From an uncultured Holophagales bacterium (lineage in GTDB: Bacteria > Acidobacteriota > Thermoanaerobaculia > Multivoradales > UBA5704): a stretch of 64,000 bases of DNA. The stretch is taken from NCBI GenBank assembly GCA_963842525.1, contig CAWJGT010000003.1, positions 1,408,001-1,472,000 on the forward strand, written 5' to 3'. The notes under the pieces are model-generated. The model saw only the letters and a program-made list of their open reading frames with translations, had not been told where the DNA came from and did not search any database. Shown here in pieces: positions 20,906-32,900 of the stretch. Numbering within the stretch: the first letter of the stretch is position 1; every line of letters starts with the position of its first letter. The position numbers and the translations under genes were made by a program.

Positions 20906-23900
20906 GGCCGCGGCTCCTCCGATCCGCCGGCCCGCGGGATGATCGCAGACGGCGCAGACGGCGCAGACGGCGCCGGACGCTCATAGCCGAGGCGTGCGGC
21001 CATCTCCCAGGTCGGCTCACCGAGGGAGTCTGACTGCGCCTCCCGGGAGCGCTCGGCAACCCCCGCCTCGACGCCTTTGTATTGGAGAAACTTCACATCC
21101 CCGAGCATCTTTCCCTCGGCGTGGATGCCATCCGTCATCCGCGCCCGTCCCTCCTGATAGGGATTGACCATGGCGGGGTCGAGCTCGAGCCCCAAGGCGT
21201 CGCAGAGTTTCCGCAGCTCGGCTTCAGGGTGGCGCACCAGGTCCTCGAAACGGATGGGGATCTGGCGTTCCGCCGGCACATCGGCAAGATGCTCCAGGAT
21301 ATTCGCGTGGCTCGCCTGCCAGATCAGCTCGGCCAGCTCGGCCCGTTCGAACGTGTGGGGGTGACGGAAGAACAGCTCGTCGAGCTTGATCTCGTCGAAC
21401 GAGCGGATCGAGGCGTAGGGATGGCGCAGGAGATGAATATAGAAAGGTTTTTCAAACGCTTGCTCGGCCCGCCTCAGGACGGCCAGGTCGAGCGCATAGG
21501 TGGTCGTCTTATCGACCAGGGTCCGGCCGCCCAGCCACTCCTGGAGCTGGCGGTAGAAGCGCTGCGTCGTCCAGCCTTCCTCAACGGCGGCACCGACGAT
21601 CTGCCGCGCCTCCTCGACGCCGCACTGGCGCACCTCCATCACAGCGCGGATCAGACCCTCCAGCCAGAAGCTGTCGCGGCCCGGGAACGCGGCCTCGCGG
21701 TCGGCCATGGTGTTGAACGAGAGCAGCTCGAGCTCCGGGGGCGCGAAAAGCTGCGGATGGCCACCGAGCATGACGCGCAGGAGCGTCGAGCCCGCTCGCG
21801 GCGGGGAGAGGATGAAGATCGCGGGCGGGTTCTTCTCCGCCGCCAGATCCTTGGACTCCGGCAAGGGGGGGATCACCGAGCGGAAGGCGGCGATCCGGGC
21901 CAGGTCGACGCGGCCGGCCGCCGCTCGCGGCGCGCGCGCCACCTCCGCGCCGAGCGACACCTCGCCCCAGAGGCGGACGACGGTCTCCCGCTGCTCGCGC
22001 GCCAGGTAGGCTGCCATCTTCGCCACCGTGGGGGCGTCGAAGAGGACGACGACGTGGATGACCCCGCTCATCTCCCGTTGCAGCCGGTTCATCAGGATCG
22101 CGCCGGTGATCGAGTTGCCGCCGAGATCGAAAAAGGAGTCGTGGATGCCCACGCTCTCCAGGGCGAGCGCCTGGCACCAGAGGCCGGCCAGATACTCTTC
22201 GAGCGGCGTCCGCGGCGCGGCGGCCTCCGCCCCAGCGGCGGGCGCCTCCGGATCGGGCAGCGCCCGGCGGTCGACCTTGCCGTTCGCGGTGCGGGGGAAG
22301 GTCGCGACGGGCACGAAGACCGCCGGGATCATGTAGCTCGGCAGGCGGTCCTGGAGGTGGCTCCGCAGGCTGGCGACGAGGTCCGGGTCCGCTTTGCCGG
22401 CGGTCACCCAGGCGACCAGGCGCTGCGCGGTCCCCGCGCCGCGCAGGTCCACCACCGCCTCCTGGACGGCGGGATGCTCGGCGAGGACCACCTCGATCTC
22501 CCCGAGCTCGATGCGGAAGCCCCGCACCTTGACCTGATGATCGATCCGGCCGAGGAACTCGAGCGCGCCCTCCGTCCGCCAGCGCGCCAGGTCGCCGGTC
22601 CGATAGAGCCGCGCGCCCGCGGCGGCTCCCCCCTCTGTTTCAGACACCGGGTTCGGCACGAACGCCAGGGCGGTGCGCGCCGGATCGCCGAAATAGCCGC
22701 GCCCCACACCCTCGCCCCCGATGCACAGCTCGCCCGGTACGTCCAGGGGTTGCGGCTGGAGGTCCCGGTCCAGGACGTAGAGCTGCATGTTGGCCACCGG
22801 ACGGCCGATCGCCGGGCGCCAGGCCGGGTCGGCCGGCACTTCCCGGATCGGACTGAAGCTGACGTCGTCGGAGCACTCGGTGGGGCCATAGGCGTTGAGC
22901 AGCGGAATGCCGGGATGACGGGCGAGCCAGCGCCGGCAGAGCTCCGGCGGCAGGGCCTCGCCGGTGGGGATCAGCCAGCGCAGGCGCGACAGGTCGTGAA
23001 CGCTCCCCTCCTCGCCCCCGTCCATGATCTCCAGCATCGCCACCAGCAGCGAGGGGACCAGCTCTAGCACCGTCACTCCGTCGCGCACCACCGCGGCGAG
23101 CAGCGCCGCCGGATCGTGGGCGACCGCGTCCGGGTAGATGGCGACGCGGCCTCCAACAGCCAGGGCTGACAGCATCTGCCAGACGGAGATGTCGGAGCTC
23201 TGGGCGGCGTTCTGCGCCACCGTGTCCGCGTTCGTGAGGCCGAACACCTCCAGAGTGATCAGCGTGTGGTTGGTGAGGCCCCGGTGGGGGATCATCGCGC
23301 CCTTGGGCAGCCCGGTCGAGCCGGAGGTGTAGAGGACGTAGGCGAGATGGTCGAGCCCGGCTCGCACCGGCTGTGGCGCCGCCTCGCCGTCCAGGCATAC
23401 CAGGTCCTCCAGCTCCAGAATCTTGAGGAACGGCGGCGCGTCCGGCTCCGCCGCGAGCAGTTGCGGACCCAGGCCACCGCCCGAGAGAAGCAGGCGGGAC
23501 CCGCTCTGGCGCAGCACTCCCAGGGCCCGCGCGGCAGGGTGCTGGGGATCGAGCGGAAGATAGGCGCCGCCGGCCTCGAGAACCGCGAGAACCGCGGTCA
23601 CGAAACCCAGGCCGCGCGGGGACAGGATCGGCACCACCGATTCGGGTCCCACACCGTGGCCGACCAGCACCGCCGCCCAGCGGTGGGTGCGGCGCAGGAG
23701 CTCGCGGTAGGTCAGGCGCTCATCGCCGTAGACGGCGGCCACTGCTTCCGGCGTCCTCTCCGCCTGTGCCGCAAACAGATCCTGAAGGCAGACGGCGGGG
23801 GCGACGAATTGCGAGTCGTTCCACTCGCAGAGGGTCTGGTGGCGCTCGGCCGCGCCGAGGAGGAGCAGAGCGGAGAGATTCCTCCCGGGATCGGCCAGCG

Positions 23901-26900
23901 CCGCCGCGAGCAGGGCCGCGAAGCAATCGCACAGGCGGGCGATGCGCGTGCCGTCGAAAAGATCGCTGTTGTATCGCCACTGGCAGGACAGCCCCCCGTC
24001 GGCCTCGGTGGCGTTGAGTACCAGATCGAACTTGGCTGTGGCGGAGCCAGACTCCATCGGCCGGAGGCGCAGGCCGGGCAGCTCCAACACCCCCATAGGG
24101 GCGTTCTGGAGCACGAACAGGACCTGGAAGACCGGGGAATGGCTGAGGTCGCGCTCCGGGGACAGGTCGTCCACCAGCTTCTCGAACGGGAGATCCTGGT
24201 GGGCGTAGGCGCCCAGGGTGACCTCCCGAGTCCGCCCCACCAGCTCGCGGAAGGACGGATCGCCGGAGAGATCGGCGCGCAGCGCCAGGGTGTTCAGGAA
24301 CAGGCCGATCAGCGGCTCGGTCTCGGCGCGGTTGCGGCCGGCGATCGGCGAGCCGACGACCAGGTCGAGCTGGCCGCTCAACCGGGAGAGCAGGGCCGAG
24401 AGGGCGGCGAGCAGAATCATGAACGGCGTCGCGGCGGTCTCCCTCCCCAGCTCCGCGGCGCCCTGGAGTGGCAACTGTTGGAGCTGCGACCGGCCGCGAT
24501 AGCGCTGCACCGCCGGGCGCGGCCGGTCGGCAGGCAGCGCGAGGAACGGCGGTGCTCCGGCGAGGCTCTCGCGCCACCAGCCGAGCTGGGCCGCGAGGGT
24601 TTCGCCCTGAAGCCGCTGCCGTTGCCACACCGCAAAGTCCGCATACTGCACCGGCAGCTCCGGCAGCGGGGAGGGCTGGCCGGCGGTGAAGGCGGCGTAA
24701 AGTGCCGCCACCTCGCGCACCAGGATGCCCATGGACCATCCGTCGCTCGCAATGTGGTGCACGGTCAGCGCAACCACCTGATCGCGGTCTGCCAAGCGCA
24801 ACATCACGCCGCGCAGCAGGGGCCCGCGCGCGAGATCGAACGGTCGGGAAGCCTCTTCGGCCGCCAGCGCGGAGGCCAGAGACTCGCGCTCCGGAACCGG
24901 CAGTCCCGACAGATCCACCACCGCCAGCGCGAACGGCACCGCCGGCTGGATCACCTGCACCGGCGCGCTCTCCTGCACGGCAAAGACCGTCCTCAACGCC
25001 TCGTGACGGCGCACGATCTCGCCGAGGCAGAGAGCCAGCGCCGCAGAGACGAGCGGCCCTTCGACACGCAGCAACAGCGGCATGTTGTAGAGCGGGCTTC
25101 CCGGCTCAAGCTGATCGAGGAACCAGAGCCGCTGCTGGGAGAAGGACAGAGGCAGGGGTTTCTCCCGGGGCACCCGGACGAGCGGCGGCACGGACACCGG
25201 TTTGGCTGTTTGCAGCGCGGCCTCGACGCGGGCGGCGAGGTCCGCCAGCCGCGGTGCTTCGAAAAGGACACGCACCGGCAGCTCGACGCCCAGAGCACTG
25301 CGGAGACGGGATATCACCTGGGTCGCCAGCAGGGAGTGGCCCCCCAGGTCGAAGAAGTTGTCATTGGCTCCGGCCTCCCGTTCGAGGCCCAGCAGATCGC
25401 CCCAGGTGGCGGCGAGGATCTGTTCGACCTCGGTGCTCAGAGGCACCGCGTCGCCCACCGGCTCGGAGCGCAGCGTTTCCGGTGCGGGAAGAGCAGCGCG
25501 GTCCACCTTGCCATGAACGGTCAGAGGCAGGCGGTCCAGGAGCACGACGGCCGAGGGGATCATGTACTCCGGAAGCTCGCCTTGCAGGAAGCGGCGCAGC
25601 TCCGGCACCAGGCGCCGCGCCACCTTGTGGCGCAACGGATCGTTGGCGTAGGCGTGCGCCGGCAACCCCGCGCGCTGCCTCGGTGGCGAGGGCACCGCCA
25701 CCCCATCGGCACCGAGCCGCAGCACTGCGGCAAAGCGGTATGGATCCCTGGGATCCCAGGTCAGGCCGACCGAATAGCCGAGCTGCTCGCCGAGCTGCCA
25801 CAGCTCCTCGGGATCGATCGCTTCCGCGGAGGCCGCGCGTTCCGCGATCACCTGCCGCAGCTCCCCCACCGTCCCCCCCTCGGATCCGACCCCCTGGTCG
25901 AGCCCCGCCAGGAGCGTCACCGCCGCCGCTTCGACGGCGAGCCGACGGTTGGGGATCGCCGTCAAGGCCAGCGTCCGCGGACCAGCCTCCAGCCGCTCGG
26001 CCAGCTCGGAGAGCGACAGGTTTTGTGCCTGCCAATCGAGCCAGTCGAGAGCGTCGTCCGGCTCTTGCAGCGCGCCGACATGGAGCACGGCGTCATAGCG
26101 GAAACGGCTCAGCTCGTTGTGATACCGGCCGCGCTTTACCAGGATCTCGACGTGCCGGATCTCCGGCAATCGCCGCGCCAGGGCGAAGAAGAAGCCGGGG
26201 TCGACCAGCAACTCCTCCTCGGTCGCCAGACGCCGAAGAATGCGCTGCCGGAGATCCGCCACCGGGAGATCGTCCGCCGAACGGTACAGCTCGACCGAGG
26301 TCTGGAGCGATTCGAGGAGTGGCAGGCTGCGCAGGTCGCCAAGGAAGACCCGGCCGCCGTGAGCCACGCTCGCGACCGCCCCTTCGACGACACGGATGAG
26401 ATAGTCGATCCCGGGGAAATACTGCGTCACCGAGTTGAGGACGACTGTGTCGAAGTCCCCCGCGGCCACACCGCTCCAGTCGTCTGCCGTCCGGCATTCG
26501 AGGGAGACGCCCGGCAGACCGCCTGTCCGCTCGATCTGTCGGCGGATTCCTTCCAGGGCGACAGACGAAAAGTCGGTGCCTTGATAGATCTCTGCGTGCG
26601 GCGCCACCCGGAACAGCAGCAGGCCGGTACCACAGCCGACCTCCAGTATCCGGCGTCCGCCGAGAGCGAGCACTCGTTCTACCGTCCGGTCCACCCACTC
26701 ACGCATCTCCTCGGCAGGGATCGGAGCGTCCGTGTAGCTGCTGTTCCACCCTTCGACGTTGAAGGTGGCGTCGACCTCGATCCCAGTGGGTTCTGAGGCG
26801 CCGTAGGTCTCGTCGTAGAGAACCTGCCAGGCGGCGATATGCTCCGCATCGGCGGCTGCCTCCGACAGCATGCAGCGCACCACGTAGGCCACCAGACGCT

Positions 26901-29900
26901 TGCCCGACGGATCGTCCTGCACGGCGGCCACCGCCTCGCGCACTTCCGGATGGCGGCCGAGGGAGCTCTCCACCTCCCCCAGCTCGATGCGGAATCCGCG
27001 CACCTTGACCTGGTGGTCGAGACGGCCGAGAAACTCGATGTTGCCGTCGGCCAGGCGCCGCACGCGGTCACCGCTGCGGTAGAACCGCTCACCGCCGCAG
27101 AGGACGTACTTCTCCGCGGTCAGCTCGGCGCGGCCGAGATAGCCGCGCGTGACGCCCCGGCCGCCGATCCACAGCTCGCCCGGCACGCCGATGGGCAGCA
27201 GCTCTCCGTCCGCGCCGCGACCGTTCCGAACATCGAGCACGGCGCCAGCCAAGGGCCGGCCGAGCAGCGGCCTCGCCGGTTCGGGAGGCGGCGGCACCGG
27301 GTGCGCGGTGCACAGGATGGTCCCTTCGGTCGGCCCGTAGAGCACCCAGACTCGCGCGGCTGGGAAGGTCTCTCGCAGATCCTCCAACAGCTCGCCAGGA
27401 ACGGCGTCGCCGCCGACGAACACCGCGCGCAGTCTTTGGATATCAGCGCCCCGCCGGCGAATCGCGTCGACGACCTGCCGCATCAACGCCGGCACGGCGT
27501 GCAGACAGGTCATCTCCCCGAGACGGTCAGCCAATCCCTCCACATCCAACGTCGGCCGCAGCGGGAAGAGCACCGCCGTGCCGCCGCTGAGCAACGGCGA
27601 CAGCAGCTCGAAGAGGAAGATGTCGAACGTCGAACTCGCCAGGCAGGGCATGCGGTCGCCTGTTCCAAAACCGAACAAGGCCCGGGTGGCGGCGAGGGTG
27701 GCCGCGAGCATGCCGTGCTCCACCTGCACCGCCTTGGGCCGGCCCGTCGTGCCGGAGGTGTAGATCAGATAGGCGAGGCTGTCCGCGGCAGGCAGGCCGA
27801 GAGGCTCGTCCCCGTCGCCCTCCAGCTCTTCCAAGAGAAGAATTTCTCCACCGTACGGCGGGAGGCTCGGGAGAAGGTGCCGCTGAGTGACCAGCAGCAG
27901 GACCGCCGCATCCTCCAGCAGGAAAGCGACGCGCGCCCGGGGATGCGCGGGATCCAGGGAGAGCCAGGCGCAACCGGACTTGAGGATGGCCAGCACCCCT
28001 ACCACCAGGTCCGGGGTGCGTTCGACGCAAAGCCCCACTACCACTCCCGGTCCGGCTCCCAGCGCGCGCAGGCTCCGGGCCAGCCGGTCCGACCGGCGGT
28101 CGAGCGCGCGGTAGGTGAGGCTCGCCTGCTCGTCCCCGGCAAGAGCCACCGCCACAGCCTCGGGGGCGCGGCGCGCCTGCGCCGCGAACAGCTCGATGAC
28201 ACCCGGTGCGGCCGGAACGGGCGTGTCGTTCCACTCGGCACGGAGCTGGTGGCGCTCGCCGTCCGACAACAGCGGAAGATCCTGGAGGACCCGGCCAGGA
28301 TCGGCCGCACCCGCCGCGAGGAGCGTCGTCAGATGGCCGGCGAGACGCAGGATCGTGGCGGCATCGAAAAGATCGGCCGTGAAATCGAGCCGGCCTCCCA
28401 GCTCTCCGTCGGCCTCCGTGAAGGTCAACCCCAGCTCGAATTTCGCCGTCCCCGCATCCCGCAAGGAAGAGGTGATCGACAGGCCTTCCAGGTCGACCCT
28501 TTCGTACGGAAAGTTCTGCAGCGCGAACATCACCTGGAACAGGGGCGTGTGTGCGAGGCTCCTCTCCGGGGCGAGATCCTCGACCAGCCTTTCAAACGGC
28601 ACGTCCTGGTGCATGTAGGCCGCCAGCGCCGTCTCGCGCACCCGGCCGAGCAGCTCCCGGAACGACAGCTTTCCTGTCACTTGACCGCGCAGCACCAGAG
28701 TGTTGACGAAGAACCCGATCAGTCCTTCGATCTCCACGCGGTTGCGCCCCGCCACCGGCGAGCCGATCGCGAAATCGTCCTGGCCGCTCACGCGCGCCAG
28801 GAGAGCCTGGAAGCCGGCCAGGAGCACCATGAACAGCGTCGCTCCCTCGCGCCGGGCGAGAGTTTCCAGAGTCCGCGTGAGCCCGGCCGGAACCCACACA
28901 GGGCAGGTGCCGCCGCGGAAGCTCTGCACCGCGGGACGCGGACGGTCGATGGGCAGCTCCAGCACCGGCGGCAGGCCCGCGAGCTGCCGGCGCCAGAAGC
29001 CGATCTCCTCCTCCAGAACCTCGCCATGCAACCAGGAGCTTTGCCACAGAGCAAAATCCGCATACTGCACGGACAGCTCCGGGAGCGGCGACGGCACATT
29101 CTGGGCGAACGCTGCATAGAGCGTCGTGGCCTCGCGCACCAGGATACCCAGCGACCAGCCGTCGCTCGCGATGTGGTGCATCGTGAGCGCCGCCACGTGC
29201 TCCGCTTTTTTCCCAGAGCCATCGAGCCGCAGCAGCACGCCGCGCAGCAGCAGATCGCGCTTGAGATCGAACGCGCGGCCGGCCTCGTCTCCCACCAGAA
29301 CGGGAACCAGTTTTTCGCGTACGGCTTCCGGCAATCCCGACAGGTCGACCACGGGCAGCGCGAACGGCGCCGCTGGTTGGATCACCTGCACCGGCGCGCC
29401 TTCCAGGCCCTCTGACACCGCAAAAACCGTCCGCAACGCCTCGTGGCGGCGCACGACCTCACCGAGGCAGAGCGCCAGCACGCCACGATCCAGTGGCCCC
29501 TCGACGCGGAGCGCGATGGGGATGTTGTAGAGCGGGCTGCCCGGTTCGAGCTGATCGATGAACCAGAGACGCCGCTGGGCGAACGACAGCGGCAAGGGCT
29601 CTTCCCGGGGGAACGGAAGCAGGGGCGGAGCGATCGCCGTGGTACCGGCCCGCATCGCCTCGACCCGGGCGGCGAGGTCCGCCAGCCGCGGAGCTGTGAA
29701 GAGATCGCGCAGAGGCAACTCGACGCCGAAGGCGCTGCGCAGCCGCGACACCACCCGGGTGGCCAGCAGGGAGTGCCCTCCCAGATCGAAGAAGCTGTCC
29801 GTCGCTCCGACCTGTTCGCGACCGAGCAGCTCGCCCCAGATGCCGGCAACGACCTCCTCGACCGGCGTCCGCGGCGCGACGAACGCTTCGTCAGAGCTTC

Positions 29901-32900
29901 TGCCACTCCGGAGCCGGCAACGCCTTCCGGTCCACCTTGCGGTTGGGCGTCAACGGCAGCTCGGCGAGAAGCGTGAAGGTGGCCGGCACCATGAACTCCG
30001 GTAACCGCTCGCGCAGGAAGGAGCGCACCTCAGGCACCGCCAAGGTGATCCCGGCGGCCGGCACCAGGTAGGCCGCCAGGAAGCTTTCCGGTCTCACCAC
30101 GACGACCGCCTCGCGGACCCCCGGGAAGCCGCCGAGCACCGACTCGATCTCCCCCAGCTCGATGCGGAAGCCGCGGATCTTCACCTGCGTATCGGCCCGC
30201 CCGGCGAACACCGCTTCGCCGTTCGGCAGATAGCGTCCGAGGTCGCCCGTCCGATAGAGATCGGCTGCGAAGCGCTGAGAGGTGAGCTGCGGATCGCCCA
30301 GATATCCAAGGGCGATGTGCGGGCTCCGCACCGAAACCTCGCCCATCTCGCCGATGCCGGCCAGCCCGCCGCCCGGGTTGAGCACCAGGAGCTGGACGTC
30401 CGGAATACCGCGGCCGAGCGGCAGGATCTCCCGCGGCTCGCGGTCGTCGGCAACGTGGTAGCCGACGGCGCGTTGCGTCTCGGTGGAACCGTAGTAGTTC
30501 ACGCAGGTGACGTTCGGGGCCAGCGAGCGCAGCCGCGCCACGTCACGGCGGGTGAGGACATCCCCCACCAGGAACGCATAGCGCAGTGACGGGACCTCAA
30601 GGCTGAGGACACCGAGATCACCCGGCGCTTCGGTGGTCAGCACCTGACCCAGAGCGGGCGTGAGATGGGTGATCGTCACCGCCGCACGGCGCATCCAGGC
30701 GGCGAGCGCGCCCGGATCGTCCATCGTTTTCGGATCGGGGATCACCACCGCAGCGCCGAGCTGTAACGGAGTGAACAGGTCGCGGTGCAGCGGATCGTGC
30801 GCCAGGCCCGACAGCATGCTGAAACGGTCGGCGGCCGACAGATCAAAGCGCTGGCGCAGCCACGGGATGAAATGCGACAGCGAGCCGTGGCGGCCGAGCA
30901 CCCCCTTCGGCACGCCCGTCGAGCCGGAGGTGAACGCCACATACGCGGTGTCGTCCGGTCCGATCTCCACGGGCGCAGGAGCTGCCGGGAAAGCCGAAAG
31001 GACATCCATTTCCCCGGCATTGTCAGCCTTCGCCGGCAGGGTCAGGCGGCAGGAGCAACTGAGAGCGTCGAGAGCGCCGTCGATCTCCACCGGGACCGGA
31101 CCGGCCGCCGCGACGCGGAGCCAGGCGGCTGGCCGCGCGATCTCCAGCATCTGGGCCTGGCGCGCCGCCGGATAACGAGGATCGAGCATCAGGAAGGTGG
31201 CCCCTGCCTTGAGAGCTCCCAGCACGCCCCAGACCAAAGGCGCGCTGCGGTGAGCCCAGAAGGCCACCACGTCCCCGCGCCGCACGCCACCCGCCTGGAG
31301 GAACGCGGCGAGCCCGTCGGAGCGCTCGTCGAGCTCGCCGTAATTCCAGGACTCCGCCGGATCCGCCGCCGCGAGCGCCCCGGGGTCTCGTCGGGCATGG
31401 CGGGCGAAGATCTCGTGGACCGCGCCCTCCCAGGCTGCCGACAGCTCCGCGGCCGGATCGGGCAGCAGCTCACGCGACGCGGCGGTGACCAGTGCGTGCC
31501 GCCCCACCGGCTCCTCCGGCCGCTCCAGCGCCTGCTCCAGGAACAGCGCGAGCTGGTCGAGCAGGTCCTCCATCCGCGCCGCGTCGAACAGGTCGGCGTT
31601 ATAGACCAGGTTCACCTGGACTCCGCCGTCTCCTTCGCTCAGATAGAGCGTCATGTCGAGCTTGGAGAGAGGCGCCGACGGCGCCATCCCCGCCCCGTCC
31701 AGCTCCAGGCCAGGGAGGCGCATCGCGGCGGTCGGTACGTTGACCAGGTTGACCATCACCTGGAAAAGCGGCGTCCGTGAAAGGTCGCGCTGCACGGGGA
31801 GGGCCGCGAGGACCGCTTCGAAAGGCACGTCCTGATGAGAATAGGCACCGAGGGTGACCTCCCGCACCTGCTCCACCAGACTGCGGAAGCCAGGCTGGCC
31901 GCCGAAGCCGGTGCGCAGGACGAGCGTATTCAGGAAGCAGCCGATCAGCTCCTCGGTCTCTACCGCGCGACGACCGGCCACCGGCGCGCCCACCAGGATG
32001 TCATCCTGACCGCTGTGGCGGTGCAGCAACGTCTGGATCGCGGCGAGGAGCGTCATGAACAGCGTGGCGCCGTGGGAGCGGCCGAACCGGGTCAATCGCC
32101 CTGTGAGCTCGGAAGAGAGGATGCGCGCGGCACCCCCGCCGCGATAGGTCTGGACGGGCGGCCGAGGGCGGTCGATCGGCAGATCGAGCGGCGATATCTG
32201 CGATGTCTCGCCGCCCAGGAGATCGAGCCACCAGGCGAGCTCCTCCTGCCGCGTTCCCGCGACCAGCTCGCGCTGCCACACCGCGAAGTCGGCGTATTGC
32301 ACCCGCAGTTGGCCGAGAGACGACGGACGATTCTCGGTGAAAGCGCCGTACAGCTCGCCGATCTCGCGCACCAGGAGCTGGAGCGACCAGCCGTCACAGA
32401 CCACGTGATGCACCACCATCAGGAGCTGGTGGCGCTCGGGTTCGAGCCGCAGGAGCGCCGCGTCGAGCAGCGGCCCGCGCGCGAGATCGAAGCGGTGCAG
32501 CGCGTGCTCCGCGGCGAGCCGCTCCGCCTCCGCCAGACGCCCGGCGCCCGGCAACGCCGCCAGGTCGACGACCGGCAGCCCAATCTTCAGGTCTGGCAGG
32601 ATGTGCTGGCGGGGGACGCCGTCCACCACCTGGAAGACCGTGCGCAGCACCTCGTGGCGCTCCACCAGACCGCGCAGCGCAGCGCCGAGCGCGGCTCTGT
32701 CGAGACGACCGATGAGCCCGACCTCGCCGGGCATGTTGAAGGTGGGCTCCCCCGGGTCGATGCTGTCGAGGAACCAGAGGCGCTCCTGTGCGAACGACAG
32801 CGGCAGGGGACCTTCCCGGGAGACCGCAACGAGCGGCGGAGCCGCCGGTGCCTGACCGCCGCGCCGGGCCTCCTCGACGACCGCCGCCAGCTCCGCCACG

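Noticed and set aside
20945-20971. 9-bp repeat x3 (PSAPSAPSA)
   Set aside because: Ordinary in-frame linker expansion.
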